DNA from: Hypanus sabinus
Taxonomy: Eukaryota
Direction: 5' to 3'
Assembly (NCBI RefSeq): GCF_030144855.1
Contig: NC_082728.1
Location: 25,854,001 to 25,918,000 of the forward strand
Length of the DNA stretch: 64,000 bases
This document shows, piece after piece, positions 13,416 through 25,163 of this stretch. The notes beneath the pieces were generated by a model. It was not told where the DNA came from, did no database searches, and saw nothing but the letters and a program-made list of their open reading frames with translations. A program made the position numbers and the translations under genes. How positions within the stretch are numbered: the first letter of the stretch is position 1; each line of letters begins with the position of its first letter.

Positions 13416-14324
13416 TAAGTCTACTTTTACTTCAGTTTATTTCATATACATTTTCAAATATATTTATTGAAACATTCCATCTTAGATAAAATCTACGTTT
13501 TGCAGATCAAATCTCAAGTTAGTATCTCACCTGACATCTTATAAGCAAAAAACAGCAACACTCTGGTGATACTACAGTCATCTTCTGTCTTGATAATTAT
13601 TTGAGGTGTGCATTCGAGTTGTAGAAAAACATTAGTGACAAATATTACTTCATAACATACAATAACCTCCCTGTTAATGTTTTTCAGACACCGACATGCC
13701 TCCAGTAATTGGTATTTTACTTTGAAAACATTGACATTTTACTGAGGTAAAAACTGTTACATGTTCCTCCAAAGTCTAACTTCATAAATTATTGAAACTC
13801 AAACTGAATCTCAAATTCACTACTATGCCACGTGGATCAATGAAACTGTAATTTGCTGATAAAAAAGAATGTGGAAAACTGTAGTAATTATTTTAGATTC
13901 TTAACCTCAGTTTTGTGATAGTTCTATCAGCAATATAGTTTTAAATGATTTGTTTATTATAACTCAACACAACATAAGCTCAGTGCCGGTTATGCTGAAG
14001 ATATCACCAACTGGAATTTAAGTTTATATTTGTAAAACTTCCACATTAATATTACCTAAATGTCCATCTAATTGATGATATTAAACCTCAGTTTAATTAT
14101 GCTCATTCTACATGAGAACAACATCTGGATTCCAAGATCTCTGAGGTATGCATTTATCTGCTAATTGTGTTAAATCGAATCTGCACAATTAAATCTCAAG
14201 AATACAATGAAAATCATCGTGTCAATTTCTCTCCAAGCACTACAACTCCCTTATACTGCTCATAAAGTATTTCAGGGAACTCCTCACACATTGATTTCTA
14301 TTGAGATTAAACCAATGATGAAGG

Positions 14325-16146
14325 ATGTCCAGTCCCTATACACTTATATATCAAGAAGGCCTTAAAGTTCACTGTTTCTTTCTCAACAAAAGAACCAACC
14401 AGATCCCCTCCACCACCACCATCCTCTGGCAGAACTGGTCCTCACCCTCAACAATTTTTCCTTCAGCTTGTCCTACTTTCTCAAGACCTGAGACATTGCC
14501 ATGGGCACCCACATGGGCCCCAGCTCTGCCTGCCTCTTTGTTGGCTATGTAGAACAGTCCATGTTCCCAGCCTTCCCTGGTAATGCTCCCCAGCTCTTCC
14601 TCCACTACATTGACGACTACATTGGTGCTGCTTCATGCACCCATGCTGAGCTCATCAAATTCATCAACTTTCCATCTAACTTCCACATGGTTCACTTGGT
14701 CCATTTCAGACACCTTCCTCCCATTTCTTGATCTCTTTGTCTCCGTCTCTGGAGACAAACTGTTGACTGACATTTTTATAAACCCACTGATTCCCATAAT
14801 TATCTTGACTATACCGCTTCCCACTGTCTCCTGTAAAAACCCTATTCCCTTTTCTCTATTCCTTCACCTCCCAACTGTTCCCTGGATGCGGCTTTCCTTT
14901 TCAGGAGATCAGAGATGACCTCCTTCTTCAAAGAACAAGGTTTCCCTTCCTCCATTATTGATGCTACCCACAACCGCATCTCCTCCATTTCCCAAATATA
15001 CACACTCACCCCATCTTCCTGCCATCTTCACAATGATAGAGTTCCTTTTGTCCTTACCAACCACCCCACGAGCGTCCACATCCAACACATCAACCTCTGC
15101 ATCTTCTGCCACCTCTAAAGGGATCCTACCACCAAACATCTTTACCTCTCCCCCCTGCCTTCCACAGGAATTACTCCCTGAATAACTTCCTTATCCATTC
15201 ATCTCTGCCCACTAATCTTCCTCCCAGCACTTATCCCTGCAAGTGGCCAAAGTACTATACCTGCCCATTTATCTCCTCCCTCACCTCCTTTCAGAGCCCC
15301 AAACAGTCCTTCCAGGTGAGACTTCCACCTGCAAATCTGTTGGGGTTGTCTATTTTGTCCGATGCTCCTGATGCAGCCTCCTCTACATTGGTGAGACCCA
15401 ACATAAATTGGGGGACATATTCATTGATCACCTCTGCTCCATCTGCCAAAAGCAGAACCTTCTGGTGGCCAAACATTTTAATTCCAATTCCCGTTCCACC
15501 ATGTTGGCCCATGGCCTCCTCTTATGCCAAGATATGGCCACCCTCAGGGTGGAGGAACAGCACCTTATATTCTGGTAGCCTCCAACATGATGGCAAGAAT
15601 ATCGATTTCCCTTTCCTGTAAAAAAAATGTTTTCCTTCCCCTCCCCTCTTCTTCTATTCCCCACTGTGGTCTTTTAACTCTACTCACCTGCCTATCACCA
15701 TCCCTAGGTCCTCTCCTCTTTCCCTTTCTCTTATGGTCCTCGCTCCTCTCCTATCAGATTCCTTCCTCTCCAGCTATTTGTCTTTCCTATCCACCTGGTT
15801 TCACCCATCATCTACATAAGAAAATCTGCAGATGCTGGAAATCCAACGCAACACACAAAATGCTGGAGGAGCTCAGCCAGCCAGGCAGTATCTATGGAAA
15901 AAAGTTAACAGTCTATGTTTCAGAAAATGTCATCAGGACTGCTGCCTGGCCTATTTTACGTCTGTTGCTTACCTATCACCTTATAGTTGTCCTCCTTCCC
16001 TCCCCCCCCCCCCACCTTTTTATTCTGGCTTCTTCGGCCTTCCTTTCCAGTCCTGAGGAAGGGTCTTGGCCTGAAATGTCAACTGTTTATTCATTTCCAT
16101 TGATACTTCCTTTATAGCTGAGTTCCTCCAGCATTTGTGTGTGTTA
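14325..16146 (+). mobile_element. Penelope-like retroelement relic (RT, GIY-YIG region, pLTR with hammerhead motif)
   Basis: RT motifs MGTHMGPSSACLFVGYVEQ and LFLHYIDDYIGA; GIY-YIG-like ...CSLLYIGET near 15340-15400; ends in cagtcCTGAGGAagggtcttggcctGAAAtgtcaactg. Confidence 0.88.
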
Positions 16147-17215
16147 TGATGATGAAGGATGTTGCTGATGAAGGAAGAATTGTTGTCTACCTGTTTTGAT
16201 ACAGTTTAATTTTCGTTTTGCAAATTTTCCTTCCTCATCCTTCCAACAATAAATATTCAATCAGAATAATATTATGGTTTTTTTTCACCTCAGCTTAGAC
16301 TTGTTGCTCTGTGCAACTTGATTATTATGCATGTCTGAGCTTTGGCTGTGAGAAGAAGCAAACCAGTCAGTCATAAAGTGGACATCAAAGCTGAGCTCAT
16401 CCTGTCATGCCCTCAGCCTCATTCAAAAGACATAGAAGTATCACTAATTTCTAACCTAGAATATTGATCCTAATTGTCAAGCACTTGCAATTTATCAGAA
16501 TCCTAATTAAAGGTGATCAAATCAATGGATTCACTTATTAAATTCATTGAACTAGCCAAATTTCTTTCTTACTTCTTCATTACTCTTGTTTCTCTGCTCA
16601 GCTTCAGTGACATTTCTCAACCACTGCCACCAACATTTGCATCATTCAACCTCTCTTGGTTTCAACCCTCTCATAGATCTGCCCTTCTCCACATATTTAC
16701 TCTTTCTCCCTAACTTAAAACAATTTTGGTTTCTAACTTTTAATAGTTCTGCTCAAGTCATCAACCTGAAACATTTCTAACATCAGAGATTACTTTTGTT
16801 ACTTCAAATTTCCAGTATCAACAAGTTGTTTTGTTTTTTTATTGGTTGAATAGTTGTTTCTTTTCACCACTTTGACATGGTAAACAATCATATTCTACCT
16901 TACTCTTCCCAAAAACACTCTCAGGACGAGGAGAGAGAAAAACAAAGTTAACACATTTAACTGACCTACTGTCTATTGCTAGCATTTTCTGCTCTATTTT
17001 CATAGATTTCAGCTGAGTTCACATCTGTGCTTTTGACCTATCAAAAACGAGTGTGAATCTTCGCAACGTCAGTGACAGAGAAACTAGGACAATGGAATGG
17101 GAAGTGGAATAATCTTTACAGGAAAAAGAATGATCTTGTAGTAGACAATTCAGACAATCCAAAGACCTGAAGAAGGGTCTCAGCCCAAAACCTTGTTTGT
17201 TTATTCATTTCCAAG

Positions 17216-17905
17216 ATAATTGAGGAATGCAGTAGAACAGAGTGATCTAGGAATAATGGTGCATAGTTCCCTGAATGTGGAATCTCATGTGGATAGGGTA
17301 GTGAAGAAAGCTTTTGGTATGCTGGCCTTTATAAATCAGAGCATTGAGTATAGGAGTTGAGATGTAATGTTAAAATTGTACAAGGCATTGGTGAGGCCAA
17401 ATTTGGAGTATTGTGTACAGTTCTGGTCACTGAATTATAGGAAAGGTGTCAACAAAATAGAGTACAGAGGAGATTTACTAGAATGTTACCTGGGTTTCAG
17501 CATCTAAGTTACAGAGAAAGGTTGAACAAGTTAGGGCTTTTTTCTTTGGAGCGTAGAAGGTTGAGGGGGGACTTGATAGAGGTATTTAAAATTATGAGGG
17601 GGATACATAGAGTTGACGTGGATAGGCTTTTTCCATTGAGAGTAGGGAAGATTCAAACAAGAGGATCTGAGTTGAGAGTAAAAGTTGAGGGGTAACACGA
17701 GGGGGAATTTCTTTACTCAGAGATTGGTAGCTGTGTGGAATGAGCTTCCAGTAGAAGTGGAAGACGCAGGTTCGAAATTGTCATTTAAAAAAAATTGGAT
17801 ACGTATATGGACAGGAAAGGAATGGCTGGTTATGGTCTGGGTGAAGGTCGGCATGGACTAGAAGGGCCGAGATGGCCTTTTTCTGTGCTGTAATTGTTAT
17901 ATGAT
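17216..17905 (+). mobile_element. CR1 LINE subfamily A inserted into a Penelope hammerhead repeat
   Basis: MLPGFQHLSYRERLNKLGLFSLERRRLRGDLIEVFK; the flanks 17165-17215 and 17906-17955 rejoin into the hammerhead repeat. Confidence 0.9.
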
Positions 17906-18399
17906 TAAAGATGCTGCCCAACTTGCTGAGTTCCTCCAGCATTTTCTGTGTTGCTTAGGATCTTCCTCATGTTTATTAATTTTTAACTGGATTTATTAGT
18001 AGATATCTATTACTGGAATTCCCTCCAAAAAAGGGATGTGGAGAAATCAAGGAAGGACAAGAGATGGACTGAGGAGAAAAATCAATAGAAAATGACGTCA
18101 AACTTGATGAAATGTCATTCGGTATGAGAGCAGAAAAATAGCATCAATTCAGTTAGCACTGTACTAATTAAACAGACCACCTCGGGTTGAGAGCTGACCA
18201 CACTATAAATTGCCCCTAGATGAGTGGAATTGATGGAGATTTGAGAAATAAAATTAGAGATAAGGGTTGGGCGTTTGATGACACGAGATGAGAGCTCAAA
18301 AGGGCTGTAACAAATTGCAAATGGCTGGTGGAATTCAGCGGTTCGGGCAGCATAAGAGGTGTGAACTGGACGGTGGATATTTCAAGTCATGACCCTTCC

Positions 18400-19260
18400 T
18401 GTTTCCATGCTGACTGACTCTCATCTGCCACAAAAGAGGACGCAAGAAACACTCCGCGGGTCGGGCAGCGCCTGGAAGAAGGGATACAGTTAACGTTTCA
18501 GATTGAAGACCTTTGTGCCGGACCCATTCCGTTTCTGAATAAAGGCACAGTGTCCTTGTTAGCACAACGACCACTCCACCCATTTACCTCGCACTCTACA
18601 GTCCCGGGGCAAACTTCAGGCTGCGGATGGGCGGGCCTTGCTATCGCAGCTTGGCCATTGGTCCTGTGGCTCGTAGTGACGCGACCGCGATGACGCCACA
18701 AGCGGCGATTGGACAACATGTGAATCCCCGGACAGTTCCAATCCCTTAGTTAATGTTCAAGAAACAAAAAAAAACGAGGACCGGGAGTGGAGGGGGGAAA
18801 TAATAACAACGAGCTGGCTCTGACTGCACGATCAGTGCAGAATTTCCTTTCAGGTTAGCATTGTGTCTATTATTCCTGCTCTCGCTGGGCGTTCACCCTT
18901 TCTGCGGCTTCAAACCGGCGGGCGTTGGTTACCCGGGCGGAGCGACTTCTTCTTGGTTCCCAGTGAGTTCTAATTTTCGCCGTTTTCGTGAAGGGGGATG
19001 GACACTGTAGTTGGGCTGGGCAGGCGGGTGGGAACGGTCGCTTGTCCGCAAGACGCACGCAACGAGAGCCCGCATCCCACCGTCCCCGTCGCACCCTTTT
19101 CAGGTCGGCGAGCTTCCCTGACTCTCTCCATTTGGACACTTCGGGACAACGAGACTGACACCTCCTGAAACAACCTTACAGGCGCATTCCCGACGAGGGT
19201 TCCCCTATTGTTCCAATCAATTCATTAAGGCATCTTGAAAACGTCTAAAATGCGAATAGT
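18400..19260. promoter_or_regulatory. CpG-rich promoter, probably bidirectional; candidate distal CDC42EP4 promoter
   Basis: High CpG density in an otherwise CpG-poor window; GC box 18629-18635; ATTGG (CCAAT) at 18657 and 18708; TGACG at 18677 and 18691; + strand donor CA|GTGAGT at 18963; - strand donor GAG|GTAAAT at 18587. Confidence 0.65.
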
Positions 19261-19714
19261 GAAGCAGAGAAAATGCCTCTGATCGATTATCTATTTTTCC
19301 CTCGCACTGTTCTCTATTGTTATCGCAGTATGTGATACGAGTTCAGTTTAAATTGCACAATCGTGTAACTGACTTTTTATGATATTCTATGACAATGACA
19401 TGTTTCACTAAACAGTTATTATGCTTGGAGTAAACGAATGAATAATTTAAAATCGTAGGGCGGTTTAATTTACCTAGACACTAAAGGGGACAAAGGAATA
19501 TGTTAATAAGGCTGCCACATGGATTACAACAACCAGTATCGTGCCTTTTTAACGTACCTGGTGCACAGTTTTTCACAGCAATAAAGCCACATATCAAGGT
19601 GATTGCCCGAAACGTTTTAAGAATTTTGAATTTTAAAGCGAGCTTTGTTAGTAAAAAAGGTATGGGATGGACATTCGAGAATTTAAGATTCGAATAGTTG
19701 AAGGCTTTCAAATT

Positions 19715-20040
19715 TACAGAGTAATTACAGTACCGAAGAAGACCATTCGACCTCAAGTCCTTCCAACTCAATCCCTGCCGTCTTTCCGTGACCCTACAAT
19801 TCTTCCTTTACCGATATAGCTCCCTTCTGGATGCAGCAATCTGTCTATTTTTCAAGATGTCTCGTTATCCCTTTGGTTCTTTGCACATATTAATCCCACA
19901 CCACCTGGTTGTGTTCTCTATCACACACACCCCCGAACCCCAGGTTATCCGCATCTTTTCTGCACCCACTCCAAATCCTTCTCATCTAACTAAAGTGTGG
20001 TACAACTATTCCAGTTGTACCTCAAGTAATGTTTTATAAA
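19715..20040 (-). mobile_element. Degenerate CR1 3' fragment
   Basis: Reverse-complement CR1-like tail (acagtaccgaagaagaccattcgacctc...) and ORF2 remnant. Confidence 0.5.
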
Positions 20041-20318
20041 GGTCATTTCCTTTTTCATGTCAGAGTTGTTGAATTGTTTACAACAGTGACTTGGAGTACT
20101 ATAGTGTTATGGTTTGTGATTTAGTTCTGCAAAGGGTAAGATCATGTGCAGTTGTTTGACCTGTAAAAGCAAGTTCCATGTACTGTATTTCAATGTAAAT
20201 GAGTCAGGGCTATAATATCAATGTCATTCCTTGGGTAATGGCAGCTCATTAGTGCAGAGTTAAGTATGATCTTGCTGCAAGACGCTCAACTTGTCTGACG
20301 ATGGGGTGTAAAAGGGAA

Positions 20319-20413
20319 CAACACCACACACAAAATGCTGGTGGAACACAGCAGGCCAGGCAGCATCTATAGGGAGAAGCACTGTCAACGTTTCAGGCCG
20401 AGACCCTTCGTCA
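20319..20413 (-). mobile_element. 95-bp Penelope-derived element with intact minimal hammerhead core and TSD
   Basis: Minus strand CTGACGA-agggtctcggcct-GAAAC-GTT; flanked by ggtgtaaaagggaa (20305-20318) and ggtgtaaaagagaa (20414-20427). Confidence 0.8.
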
Positions 20414-21049
20414 GGTGTAAAAGAGAAGCCTGCTCTCCTCTCTTTCCAAATATGAGTGTTTTAGGATGAGTTGAAGAACTGAAGTCAAGCATTACATCTA
20501 TGGCTTTTCTGCCTTCACTGCCTTTTTGATGTTCTTTTTAGTAGCAAAGGCTGATAAATCAGCTATTGAACCAGGAGCAGTGTTATTTTTGAGCGCAGAT
20601 TAGAGTGAACTGGAATAAAACTGATAAGTTGCAGAGTTATAAAGAAATGTTGACATTTTATGCTACATTTTGAGGAACATTTAGAATAAATGTATATTTT
20701 AACCTTCAGATTTGTTGATAACATGCAACCAGAATTATTAATATGTTAATCTGGAATGACAATAAGTGACACCAATAACAAAGGGTTTTAAGTATTTTTG
20801 TATGTTAACATTTTTTAAAATACTCAGTGAATCTCAATTTGAAAAATAATTAATTTTCTTCAATAGTAGATGAAGCAGTCTCAATCTGCTGTGTGTTTCA
20901 ATTTTTATCAGTTTCAAGATTGCAATTGCAAATCCCTCATTGAGTCTGTTCTTGCCTTTACGCAATAAGGATTCAAATTGTGATGCATAAATACTTCAAA
21001 CGTGTCTTTGCTGTGATAAAGGACCTGGACTTGATTGTTAGCTCAACCC

Positions 21050-21142
21050 ACTCAAAGGGTCTTGGCCCAAAATGTTGTATGTACTTTGTTTCCATATATG
21101 CTGCCAGCCCTGCTGAGTTCCTCCAGCATTTTGTGTGTGTTA
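21050..21142 (+). repeat. Penelope-derived hammerhead-family repeat (degenerate)
   Basis: aagggtcttggcccaaaatg...ctgctgagttcctccagcattttgtgtgtg. Confidence 0.7.
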
Positions 21143-21999
21143 CCTATCTTTACCCATCTTGCAGAATTCAAAGTTTTGCTGTGCACCTACGTCCTTACAA
21201 ATTTAAAAATCTTTCATTGACACCTACCTGCCCCTAATCACCAGTTTATATGCTAATTACCTCCATTATGACATCCTGGTATCCTCATTCTTGCCATACA
21301 CAAGGCTAATTTGCACTTCACCAGCATCCATCTGGGCACTCTCCAGACCGAGTTCACACTGCATAAACAATTTGCATTTCTTCATTTATGTTTTAATATA
21401 GGATAAGCTACCAAGGTATTTCACAGCATTCTCAAACATTGTTCTCAGTGTGAAGTTTAGTCAGGTGACCAATTGCTTGGTCAAAGGGAGTGGTATGTAG
21501 GAACATCTTCAAGGGAAGGAATTCCAGTGGTTAGGGTCAGTTAATTGAAGAGTGGCGTTCATAGTAATATCATGGAGCTCAAATGATCCAATGTCCCATG
21601 AGTGGCAGCAAGGCTACTGATGTGCATGAACATAATAGAACAGTACAGAAAGCATTAACTATGAATGGAAAGAATTGGTTTATTCTTATGAATTGTTATG
21701 AATAAAGATCCTTTTGTTTAAACATATTTCAGTTTATGTCAATTGAAGAGTTGGGGACCAGATCATGGAGGGATTTGAAAAAGGATGAAAATTTTAGAGT
21801 GAGTTAAGTGCTTGATGGGAGTTAGTGTGGGTAACAATTGCAAGGATGTTGGGTGAGTGGGACATGTTCCCAATTAAGATTTAGAAATCAAAAATGGTGA
21901 ACTTCATTTCAGACGGTAGAATAAAAGGATGCTAGGAAACAACTGGGATAATCAAAAATGAATTTAATATATTAAAAAAAAGCAAACCTGAATCTTACT

Positions 22000-23790
22000 C
22001 CCAACTGGAAGGCCTTAAAGTTCTCCACTAATGTAACCAGTTCACCTCTGGTCCTCACCCTGAATAATTTCTTTTTTGGCTGGTACCACTTTCTCCAAAC
22101 CGAAGATGTAGCCACGGGCCCAAGGAGAATCCATGTTCCAAGCCTGCACTGGCAATACTGCTCAGCTCTTACTGCACTACGCTGATGTCTGCATCAATAC
22201 CTCTCGGTGCACCCACATGTCAATTTCTTCAACTTTGCCTGCAATTTCCACCCTTTTACATTGCCCTCAAATTTACTTGGTCCTTCCATACACCTCTCTC
22301 CCCTTTCTCTGTCTCTGGAGACAGACTGTCGACTGATATCTTTATAAATCTACTGACTCTCACAGCTATATTTACTATAGCATTTCCGACCGTGTCACTT
22401 CAAAAAAATGCTATTCCCTTCTCTCAGTTCCTTTATCCCTGCCACATCTGTCTTCAGGATAGGGCTTTCCATTCCAGAGCACCTGAGATGTCCTCCTTCA
22501 AAGAACTAGGGTTTTCTTCCTCTACTGTTAAAGCTGCGCTCACCCACATCTCCTCCAGTTTTTCAAACATCCACTCTCCCCTCATCTTCTGTCATAACAG
22601 GATAGAGTTCTGCTTGTCCTTACCAACCATCCCAAGAGCCTCCCCATCCAGCACTTCATTCTCTATCTCCCACCACCTTAAATGGAATCCTGCCACTACT
22701 AAACACATCTTTTCGCCCCCTTCCTTCCTCCACCCCCCACCCCCCACTTTCCACATGGATCGCTCTCGATGCAACTCCCTTGTCAAGTCATTCCTCCCCG
22801 CAGAGCTCCTTGCTGGCAACTACCCCTGAAAGTGGGACACTTGTTATTTTTATTTATTTAGATATATAATGTGTAACAGGCCCTTGTTGCCCACTGAGCC
22901 ATGCCACCCATAAACCTACTGATTCAACCTCAGCCAAGTCACAGGACAATTTACAATGACAATTAACCTACTAACTGGTGCTACTTTGGACTGTGAGAAG
23001 AAACGTGCTCACGTGGGAAGGACATACAGACTTTATTACAGAGGACGTTGGAATTGCCCCAAGGTGAAACAGCATCGCGCAAACCACTACACTACACTAC
23101 ACTACACCACACCCTGTACTATATGTGCTGCACCTATCCCTATTACCTCCTCCCCCATCACCATTCAAGGCCCCAAGCAGTCTGCACCTGCAAGTCTGTC
23201 AGGGTTGTCTACTGTGCTCCTGGTGTGGCCTCTTCTTACATTGGTGAGACCTGACATAGATTGGGGGTCACTTTGTCAAGCGTCTGTTCATTACAAAAGA
23301 TAGATTTTCCTGGTGGTCATCAATTTTAATTCTGCTTCCTATTCCCGTTCTGACACGTTGGTCCATGGCCTCGTCTGCTGCCACAAGGCCACCATCAGGT
23401 TGGAGGATCGGCGCTTCATATTCTTTATGGATAGCCTTCAACCTGATGGCATGAACATTAAGTTCTCTAACTTCTGGTAATTTCCCCATTCTGGCTCCCT
23501 TATCCTTTTTCTTATTAACTGCCCATCACCTCCCTCTGGTGCACCTTCTCCTTGCCCTTCTCCTGTAGCCCACTCTCTCTCCTCTCCGATTGGATTCTTT
23601 CTCCATTACCTCTGTAACCTATCACCTCCCAGTTTCTCACTTCATCCCCCAATCTTCCCCCTCACCCACCACCTTATTCTGGCTTCTTCCTTAATTTCCA
23701 GTCCTGATGAAGGGTTTGTGCCTAAATGTCGACGGTATATTCCTCTTCTTAAATGCTGTCTGGCCTACTGAGTTCCTCCAGAATTTTGAA
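22000..23790 (+). mobile_element. Penelope-like retroelement relic, interrupted by a V-SINE
   Basis: Colinear with 14325-16146 (SVSGDRLSTDIF, NAIPFSQFL, VVYC..SYIGET); ends cagtcCTGATGAagggtttgtgcctaaatgtcgac. Confidence 0.85.
22845..23105 (-). mobile_element. V-SINE / HE1-like SINE nested in the Penelope relic
   Basis: Begins with a (TTTA)n tail; contains caattaacctactaac..tttggactgtgagaagaaac, the reverse of the V-SINE core. Confidence 0.6.
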
Positions 23791-24059
23791 TTGCCAAAGA
23801 TGAGATTTTTGGTTAAAGATAAGTAGAGATAGATACATGTTACAGTCTATAAGATGGCATACAGGCTAACTATTAGTTAAATGCCATGAGCAATCATGAA
23901 TTGGTTAGGTACTTTGTTTTTACCAATACAACAGCTTTGGACCATTTATATTTGAATTAGAAGAAATTTCTGTTGATGCATTTATGGATATCAGGCAAGC
24001 AGTATCACAAGCTTTAAGAAGATGGGCATGAGATTCTGTAGATACTGGTCTAGAGTAAA

Positions 24060-24200
24060 GAAAAAAATTCTGCAGGAACTCAACTAATCAAGCAACATCT
24101 ATGGCAGGGAGTAAACAATTGATGTCTTGGGCCAAGACCCTTTATCAGACAAAGACCCGATAAAGGTTTTCAGCCCGAAAAACAACTGTTTATCCTATTT
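24060..24200. repeat. Inverted pair of Penelope hammerhead repeats
   Basis: ...gggccaagaccctttatcagac aaaga cccgataaaggttttcagcccgaaa...: two oppositely oriented core remnants. Confidence 0.6.
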
Positions 24201-25163
24201 AATTAAATGCACAGCTTATTTGATGCAGACGCAGATAAAAGGTGTTTCTGCTTGTGAGGGAAATTTGAACTGGGGTCGCTGTTTTTCTAATAAAGAAATC
24301 CTCTTAGTGCTGAGATTTTTTTTGTCTCCCAAGTTTCATGAATTCTTTGGAAATCCCCTTCCTCAGAGAACAAAAGCAGAGATTTTGAAATATTCTAGGC
24401 AATGGTGGAGTAAGTAAGAAAAGTTAAAAAGGGCAGAAAGGAATAAAGTGTAGAGATAGAATACATTCAGATTAGTCAAGATCATGTTAATTAGCAGAAC
24501 AGGCATGAAGGGACAAGTGGGCAATTCCTTAATTTGCCTTTTTTGTGATAGCTTAAGCAATTTTAGGGTTAGATTCATAATATTTCCACTTGTATTGTCC
24601 ACTTAACATTTTAAAGATTTTTTTAAGGCTGAAAATGATCTAAATCTCTAGCCAGGCAGTGGAGATAAATGGGAATTCTCAGAACACTGCTGTAGGTTTT
24701 TTTTGGAGACTATAGCTATCTTCCTATCTACATTTCTGGAGAAATTACCCTGCTATTAGTGGAAGATATTGCTGCTGTATGTTTGTTAGTATACTCTCTA
24801 GTTAAGCTCACTTTGTTGAGAGGCAAACAACAAAGTAGGGTTGATAGTGTTGGCAATAAATACCATTTTTAAAGTATATATGGGAATATATTTTTAAAAT
24901 GTCATGGTTATTTCTGCAAAAAAACAAAACCTATTTTAGATTTGCATTAACTTTTAAGGGGATGGATGAAGGAGTGTTAACTTTTCCTACTGAAATTAAA
25001 TATATTGCAAGGTGTGCATTTGGACCAGAATTCTCATTTGTATTATGAAAAGACAAGAGTGTCCATTGCTTGGAATTTGTTCAGAACAATACTGTCATGC
25101 AATTATTAACACAAGAGATTCCACAGATTATGTTTGTTCATTAAATTATTACCTAACTGATGA

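Noticed and set aside
15524-16117. 197-aa ORF, and the similar ORFs 22185-22829, 31274-31768 and 53982-54497
   Set aside because: Frameshifted or pyrimidine-rich Penelope-derived sequence, not host genes.
18335-19173. GC-rich ORFs in the CpG island
   Set aside because: Expected by-product of high GC content; no homology to known proteins.
23085-23112. (CACTA)n short tandem repeat
   Set aside because: Simple microsatellite at a SINE boundary; not a CACTA transposon end or a CRISPR-like array.
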